Assembly: GCA_039190745.1 (NCBI GenBank)
Contig: JBCCXZ010000045.1
Location: 1-32,161 of the forward strand
Direction of reading: 5' to 3'
Length of the DNA stretch: 32,161 bases
Origin: Planctomycetota bacterium
GTDB lineage: Bacteria > Planctomycetota > Planctomycetia > Pirellulales > Lacipirellulaceae
The position numbers were made by a program, and so were the translations under genes. This document shows, piece by piece, positions 27,444 through 32,161 of this stretch; the stretch's first letter is position 1; the number at the start of each line of letters is the position of its first letter. A model generated the notes under the pieces. It searched no databases. It was not told the DNA's origin and saw only the letters and a list, made by a program, of their open reading frames with translations.

Positions 27444-28709
27444 CTAACTTCCCGTGTCTGGGCGTGGATCGGCAAGGGCAATCGCGGCGCGGGTGAGGAC
27501 GCGGACGCCGATGGCGAGGGCGGATTCGTCGATGTCGAACTCGGGCGTGTGCAGCGGCGTGGGCGGCGCGTCGGGCCGGGCCGTGCCGAGGCGGAACATG
27601 CTGCCGGGGGTGTGCTCGAGGTAGCAGGCGAAGTCCTCGCTGCCCATGCTTGGGCGGGCGATGATGTGCAGGCCGTCAGGGCCGACGACCTGCTCGGCGG
27701 CCTGGCAGACGATGCGGGTGACTTCGGGGTCGTTGAGGACCGAGGGGATGCTGGCGCGGAAGTCGAGCCGGATCTCGGTGCCGGTGAGCTCGCTGACGGC
27801 GCCGGCGATACGGCGGATTTGTTCGAGTGTTTGTTCGCGGACGCGGGCGTCGAGCGTGCGGACGGTGCCGTCAACGGCAACGGAGTCGGGGATGACGTTG
27901 GCGGCCATGCCGCCCTCGATGCGGCCGAAGGTGACGACCACCGCGTCGAGGCTGTCGGTGGTGCGGGGGATGAACTGGTAGACGGAGTTGATGAACTGGG
28001 CGGCGGCGGCGATGGGGTCGCGGGATTCGTGGGGGCGGGCGGCGTGGCCGCCTTGGCCGGCGATTTCGACGTGGATCGATTCGCAGTGGGCGGTGAGTGC
28101 TCCGTCGCGGACGCCCACTTCGCCGACTTGGCGGGAGGGGTCAACATGCAGGCCGAGGACGTAGTCGACACCCTCAACGGCCCCGGCGGCGACCATCTCG
28201 CGGGCCCCGGTGGCGGTCTCCTCGGCGGGCTGGAAGATCGTCCGCCAGGGGACCGGCCAGGGGAGGCGGTTGGCTTCGGCCAGGGCGGTGAGCGTCGCCG
28301 CGGCTCCGTAGACCATCGCGGTGTGGGCGTCGTGGCCGCAGGCGTGCATGACGCCTTCTGTTTGGCTACGGTATTCGGCTTGCTTGCGGTCGTGGATGCG
28401 GAGGGCGTCGATGTCGGCCCGTAGCGCGATCCGCGAATCTCCGTCGCCGCCGCCGTCCGCGATCACGCCGCAGCCCTCGGGGCCCATGCGGACGTCGGCA
28501 GGCAGCTCGCCGAGGAGCTGGTAGAGGTGCAGGCTGGTCTGGAGCTCTTCACCGCTGGGCTCCGGGTGCGCGTGCAGGTGGCGGCGGAGCTTCAAACAGC
28601 CGTCAAGCACTTGCGCGACTGCGGCGTCGATTTCGGTTTCGAGCTGTTTCGAGAGCTGATGCAACGACGCCTCGCCAGTGCTCCCGCGATGACCTCGGCT
28701 CAGCACCAC
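27444..28709 (-). CDS. M20D-family amidohydrolase
   Basis: RRHLHAHPE, RADIDAL, MHACGHDAH, FQPAEE, GGHAARPH, SEDF, LH.PEFDIDE; start codon uncertain. Confidence 0.92.
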   Translation of the reverse strand: MVLSRGHRGSTGEASLHQLSKQLETEIDAAVAQVLDGCLKLRRHLHAHPEPSGEELQTSLHLYQLLGELPADVRMGPEGCGVIADGGGDGDSRIALRADIDALRIHDRKQAEYRSQTEGVMHACGHDAHTAMVYGAAATLTALAEANRLPWPVPWRTIFQPAEETATGAREMVAAGAVEGVDYVLGLHVDPSRQVGEVGVRDGALTAHCESIHVEIAGQGGHAARPHESRDPIAAAAQFINSVYQFIPRTTDSLDAVVVTFGRIEGGMAANVIPDSVAVDGTVRTLDARVREQTLEQIRRIAGAVSELTGTEIRLDFRASIPSVLNDPEVTRIVCQAAEQVVGPDGLHIIARPSMGSEDFACYLEHTPGSMFRLGTARPDAPPTPLHTPEFDIDESALAIGVRVLTRAAIALADPRPDTGS

Positions 28710-29371
28710 AGGCAGACGAGGGTCGCGGCTACTTCAGATCGACGAACTCTGGGACTACCCGTTCGGGAAGGAATCACTGCTTGTGGCCGCCCGTGACTAA
28801 CTCCTTACCGCAAGCTGACGTAGGGCTCAAGGAACCATCCCGGGTCTTCGACCGCTGGCAGTTCGGCCGCCAACACCACTGACCCCGCAGCCTGTTAGAC
28901 GACTGACTGCTGCGGACGTAGTCGCCGTTGCCTTGGTCCGTTCCGGAGTCTTCTCCGACCATGCACTAATGGCTTGCCCCGCCGAGCCAACCCGACGGAA
29001 ATCATAGGCTCAGATACTACCAATCAGATCAGACTTTTTTATTAGCAAAGCCATCTTTGCCGTAGCCTTGCGGGGGTGGTTGCCCTCTGGTGTGGGGTTC
29101 GGTATATTGCGTGATCACCAAGGCGTCGCCGATTCCAAGTTATTTTCTGCCCACTACCCTACAGGCACGTACAGGACACTTTAGGCTGGTTTCCTGTGGA
29201 GTTGCAGGTCGTCAGGGTACTGGTGCTAAGAGCCTTCCAAGCCGTCGAATCCGGAATCTTGAGTTCTCGATTTCGGTATCCGTTTTGCCGTCTGGGAGGG
29301 CAAGACGATGGGCACAAGATTTAGGGACAGCCCTTCGCGGTCATCGGACAGAACCTAGAGAATTACTATGA

Positions 29372-29445
<74 letters not shown>

Positions 29446-29518
29446 CTTTCTCTAAGTCCTGCTGATACCTTACTTTAGGTAACCCGCCGGCTTCGGTGGT
29501 GCGGCTCGTTTTCGAGCG

Positions 29519-29585
29519 CAAAGGGGTAGTCAAAGGGGTAGTCTGCTCCCGCAAAGGGGTAGTCGCCTCGGGTACTACCCCCTTG
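29519..29585. repeat. 12-bp repeats CAAAGGGGTAGT (3 direct, 1 inverted); putative integrase arm-type sites
   Basis: Exact copies at 29519-29530, 29531-29542 and 29552-29563; inverted copy with one mismatch at 29574-29585. Confidence 0.8.
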
Positions 29586-29613
29586 GCGGTCTCCCAGCGA
29601 GCGAGCTACCACC

Positions 29614-30873
29614 ATGCCCCGTCTTCAGCACCAGCCCCCTAAGTACCGGCTGCACAAGGGTTCTGGCCAAGCGGTCGCCTCCCTCAACGGCCGCCGCGTC
29701 TACCTCGGCAAGCACGGCTCCGACGAGAGCCAGAGACGCTACCGAGAGCTTCTCCAGGAGTGGGAACGGAACCGCCGCTCCCAAAGTGACGCCCCGCCCC
29801 AAGCGGTCCTCGTTAGTGAGGAGAGCTTGGCCAACGTCGTTACGCCCAAAGCTCTGCGAGCCAAGCGAGCAGGGGGCGTCCCAATCACGCTTGACGAACT
29901 GATCTTTGTCTACCGACGGCACGCGCGGGCCTACTACGTCAAGAACGGCAAGGTGACCCGCGAGGCCGAGATGGTCGTCGAGGTCACCGACCTGCTGGGC
30001 CGCAAACACGGTGACGAGTACGTGGACGATTTCGGGCCGGTCAAGCTCGATGACTTCCGCGACGATCTGATCACGGACAAGGACTGGTCGCGGGGCTACA
30101 TCAACAAGCAGGTCACCCGCCTGATTGCGATGTTCAAGTGGGCGGTCGCGAAGGAGCTCTGCCGACCCGAGGTCCACGCGCGAATCGCTGCTCTTGGGGG
30201 CCTCAAGAAGGGACGCTCGGCGGCGCGCGAGACCCCGGGGGTCACCGTCGTCGAGGACGCTCGCGTCGACGCGGCGCTCCCTTTTTTGCCGGAGATCGTC
30301 GCCGACATGGTTCGATTCCAGCGACTCACCAGCGCGCGGCCCGGCGAGGTCTGTTCGATCTGCCCGTGCGACATCGACCGCCGCGGCGAGGTGTGGGTCT
30401 ACACGCCCGACGAGCACAAGACCGAGCACCACGAGAAACACCGCCGAGTCTTCATCGGGCCTCAGGCCCAGGCCGTGCTCACCCGATACCTCTTGCGGCC
30501 CGGTGACCTGTTCTGCTTCTCGCCCGCCGAGTCGATCGCCAGGGCGCGGCGGCGACAGCGCGAAGCCCGCACGACGCCGCTCTCGTGCGGCAACCGCGCC
30601 GGCACCAACCGTGCCTCCAAGCCCAAGTGGCGGCCGTCGTCTCGCTACAAGGTGGCAAGCTACCGACTGGCCATCCGCCGCGGATGTGAGAAGGCGGAGG
30701 TTAAGGTGTGGACGCCCAACCAGCTGCGCCACTCTGCCGCCACCGAGATCCGCGAACGGTACGGGTTGGAGGCGGCGCAAGTCATCTGCGGGCACGCGAC
30801 GGCCGACGTCACCCAGGTCTACGCCGAACGTGATTGGCGGCTCGCGGTGCGCGTCGCCAAAGAGATGGGCTAA
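29614..30873 (+). CDS. tyrosine recombinase/integrase
   Basis: N-terminal arm-binding-like segment (YRLHKGSGQAVASLNGRRVYLG); ARPGE (R), HKT (K), PNQLRH, CGH, TQVY (Y); adjacent to tRNA. Confidence 0.93.
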   Translation: MPRLQHQPPKYRLHKGSGQAVASLNGRRVYLGKHGSDESQRRYRELLQEWERNRRSQSDAPPQAVLVSEESLANVVTPKALRAKRAGGVPITLDELIFVYRRHARAYYVKNGKVTREAEMVVEVTDLLGRKHGDEYVDDFGPVKLDDFRDDLITDKDWSRGYINKQVTRLIAMFKWAVAKELCRPEVHARIAALGGLKKGRSAARETPGVTVVEDARVDAALPFLPEIVADMVRFQRLTSARPGEVCSICPCDIDRRGEVWVYTPDEHKTEHHEKHRRVFIGPQAQAVLTRYLLRPGDLFCFSPAESIARARRRQREARTTPLSCGNRAGTNRASKPKWRPSSRYKVASYRLAIRRGCEKAEVKVWTPNQLRHSAATEIRERYGLEAAQVICGHATADVTQVYAERDWRLAVRVAKEMG

Positions 30874-31148
30874 CGCCCGGATTTTTCGTAGAGGGCCTGT
30901 CGCAGCTGCTCAGCGACCGGCCGCTGATCGCTTGAGCACGGGTCGTCCTGCAGAAACCGCTGCAGGGCGACCCGTGTTGTGTAACGCACGCCCCCAACGA
31001 GCCGAGACTCTAGCTTCTTGCCCCGCGCGCCTTTGGTGACCCACCGGTAGACGGTCGAGTAATGGGTCTTTTTGCCGCGGCGGCGTGGCAGGATCGCGGG
31101 GACGTCACGCAACGCAACCAGGTCGTTGCCGGTCGGGTCGGCGTTCAT
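30870..31148 (-). CDS. DUF1580-like winged-helix protein, probable excisionase/recombination directionality factor
   Basis: LPRRRGKKTHYSTVYRWVTKGARGKKLES..VGGVRYTT..AL.RF; GGAGG RBS; ATGA overlap with the upstream ORF; converges on int. Confidence 0.75.
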   Translation of the reverse strand: MNADPTGNDLVALRDVPAILPRRRGKKTHYSTVYRWVTKGARGKKLESRLVGGVRYTTRVALQRFLQDDPCSSDQRPVAEQLRQALYEKSGR

Positions 31149-31330
31149 TGCGTGTCCTCCCTTGGGACCGCCTGGTCGCCCCCGGACGCCGCGATGCCGG
31201 CGTCGACCAGGGCGACGATTGCCTCGCGGATGTGGGGCGGCAAAAAAGGCCAACGCGAACGGACGTAGTCGGACGAATGGCTGCGCGGCGTTGGCGCGCG
31301 TTCCGTCCTCGGTGTGTTATCTGCCGGCAT
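31145..31330 (-). CDS. small hypothetical protein with WPxLPxxIRxAIxAL helix
   Basis: AAGGAGG RBS before ATG 31330; stop overlaps the next start (ATGA). Confidence 0.6.
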   Translation of the reverse strand: MPADNTPRTERAPTPRSHSSDYVRSRWPFLPPHIREAIVALVDAGIAASGGDQAVPREDTQ

Positions 31331-31553
31331 CGGTCCCTCCTTGCTCGAAGATCCAGGTGTGAGCGAGGTCAGCCGCCTTCGCGACCAGCGGCAAGTCGTC
31401 ACGCCCGTAGGACGAAGATTCGCTCCAGCGGTCGCCATTGCGAAACAGACGCGTGAACGTGACGCTGTAACGGTCGCCGGCTTTGGTCTGATTCCGCCAG
31501 ACAGCATCCTTGATCAGGCCGAAACGGACCTCGTGGGCGGGTTTCTTGGTCAT
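31317..31553 (-). CDS. small basic beta-rich hypothetical protein, possibly nucleic-acid binding; in frame with an upstream Zn-finger segment
   Basis: MTKKPAHEVRFGLIKDAVWRN...YSVTFTRLFR..DRW..SSSYGRDDLPLVAKAAD.AH.WI; AGGAG RBS before ATG 31553. Confidence 0.65.
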   Translation of the reverse strand: MTKKPAHEVRFGLIKDAVWRNQTKAGDRYSVTFTRLFRNGDRWSESSSYGRDDLPLVAKAADLAHTWIFEQGGTDAGR

Positions 31554-31808
31554 TGGTCGGGCTCCTGGCTGTCTGGTTGGAGAGGCTTCGGTGTCAGTGG
31601 TTTCGCGGCGGCGCTGTTGTCGCTCCAGGTGGGGCTGGTTGGGCGCCGGACCGTTCTTGTTTGCCTTGGCGTCGCCCAGTCGCCCGTAGAACTTGCCGCA
31701 GGCGCGGCACTCGACGCGACGGACTTGTTCCGTTTCTCGGATCACCCAGCTACCGGTCGTGCGGCCGTCGGCGTCGATCGCATGCAGCGTGTGGTCGCAC
31801 CGACTCAC
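31554..31808 (-). CDS. Cys/His Zn-finger-like segment (CDH...CRAC) starting at a coupled GTG; reads without a stop into 31553-31317
   Basis: GGAGG RBS and GTGA start/stop overlap at 31805-31808. Confidence 0.5.
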
Positions 31809-32002
31809 TGTGTTCCTCCCGCGGGCTGACGCTTTTTGGCGTATCGACGCCATGGAGGCACGCCGTGGTCGGTCAGGACTCGGTCGCTACCGCAGCGGGG
31901 GCACTGCTTGACTGGTGCCGCGGCAAACCACTTCGCCGTGCAGCGGCGGCACGTCTGGTAGGCAGTGGGTGGTCCGCCAGATTTACTGGAGTTGGTCGCC
32001 AT
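31805..32002 (-). CDS. small Zn-ribbon protein (65 aa)
   Basis: CRRC...CPRC; start overlaps the end of the methyltransferase gene and stop overlaps the next start. Confidence 0.55.
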   Translation of the reverse strand: MATNSSKSGGPPTAYQTCRRCTAKWFAAAPVKQCPRCGSDRVLTDHGVPPWRRYAKKRQPAGGTQ

Positions 32003-32161
32003 ACACGGTCCAGTCGGGGCTGAGTGGGAGCTGCCGGCCATACATCTCCAGGTAAGGCCCTGGGCTAACCGACTCGATGAGCTGACGCACCGCCTCGGGC
32101 TTCTGGCTGTGCCGGCTCCGCTTGGCCGACATCCAGCTCATCTGAGCGCGGTCGGCGAAGC
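31983..32161 (-). CDS. MT-A70-family adenine methyltransferase, 3' end only (5' part outside the window)
   Basis: Hand translation FADRAQMSWMSAKRSRHSQKPEAVRQLIESVSPGPYLEMYGRQLPLSPDWTVYGDQLQ* matches the MT-A70 C-terminal HSxKP...LELFAR...W..WGN pattern; absent from the ORF track. Confidence 0.8.
   Translation of the reverse strand, partial: FADRAQMSWMSAKRSRHSQKPEAVRQLIESVSPGPYLEMYGRQLPLSPDWTVYGDQLQ

Larger units (their letters stand above)
29446..32161. mobile_element. left end of an integrative element/prophage-like island inserted at tRNA-fMet (continues beyond the window)
   Basis: tRNA 3' end, then repeats, integrase, convergent excisionase-like gene, a string of small coupled ORFs and a DNA methyltransferase. 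Confidence 0.8.

Noticed and set aside
28774..29371. Small ORFs (28774-28962, 29090-29371) between the amidohydrolase and the tRNA
   Set aside because: No coding-like codon bias or recognisable motifs; likely a divergent promoter region
29519..29585. 12-bp repeats as a mini-CRISPR or plasmid iterons
   Set aside because: Too short and irregularly spaced; no rep gene; position beside int and tRNA fits arm sites better
30715..30732. Integrase inactivated because HxxR reads NQLR
   Set aside because: The first His of HxxR tolerates Asn in tyrosine recombinases, and the other catalytic residues are present

Overview
High-GC bacterial chromosome segment; protein families and style suggest a planctomycete (inference). 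Left: an unusually long fliD, then fliS and mqnD. From about 4.9 to 20.0 kb lies a visibly less GC-rich island bracketed by two decayed, inward-pointing IS3-family remnants. It carries a self-contained signalling cluster: Hpt, REC-HD-GYP (RpfG-like), a FadL-type outer-membrane channel, a hotdog-fold/LCM-type SAM carboxyl-methyltransferase fusion, a ~2000-aa soluble (pseudo)Ser/Thr-kinase-ATPase-TPR-GAF-histidine kinase, and REC-PAS-GGDEF with a degenerate EAL. This cluster is the best candidate for an undescribed system: a possible lipid/fatty-acid-ester signal circuit controlling c-di-GMP. To the right are two hypothetical genes, trxA, a divergent redoxin, an NLR-like ATPase with four near-identical 141-bp TPR repeats, a YbdK ligase plus M20 amidohydrolase separated by a GTAG-type REP doublet, and an initiator tRNA-Met. 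The window ends in the left end of an integrative element: arm-site-like repeats, a tyrosine integrase, a DUF1580 excisionase-like gene, small coupled ORFs and the 3' end of an MT-A70 methyltransferase. All calls come from reading motifs by eye; no searches were run.
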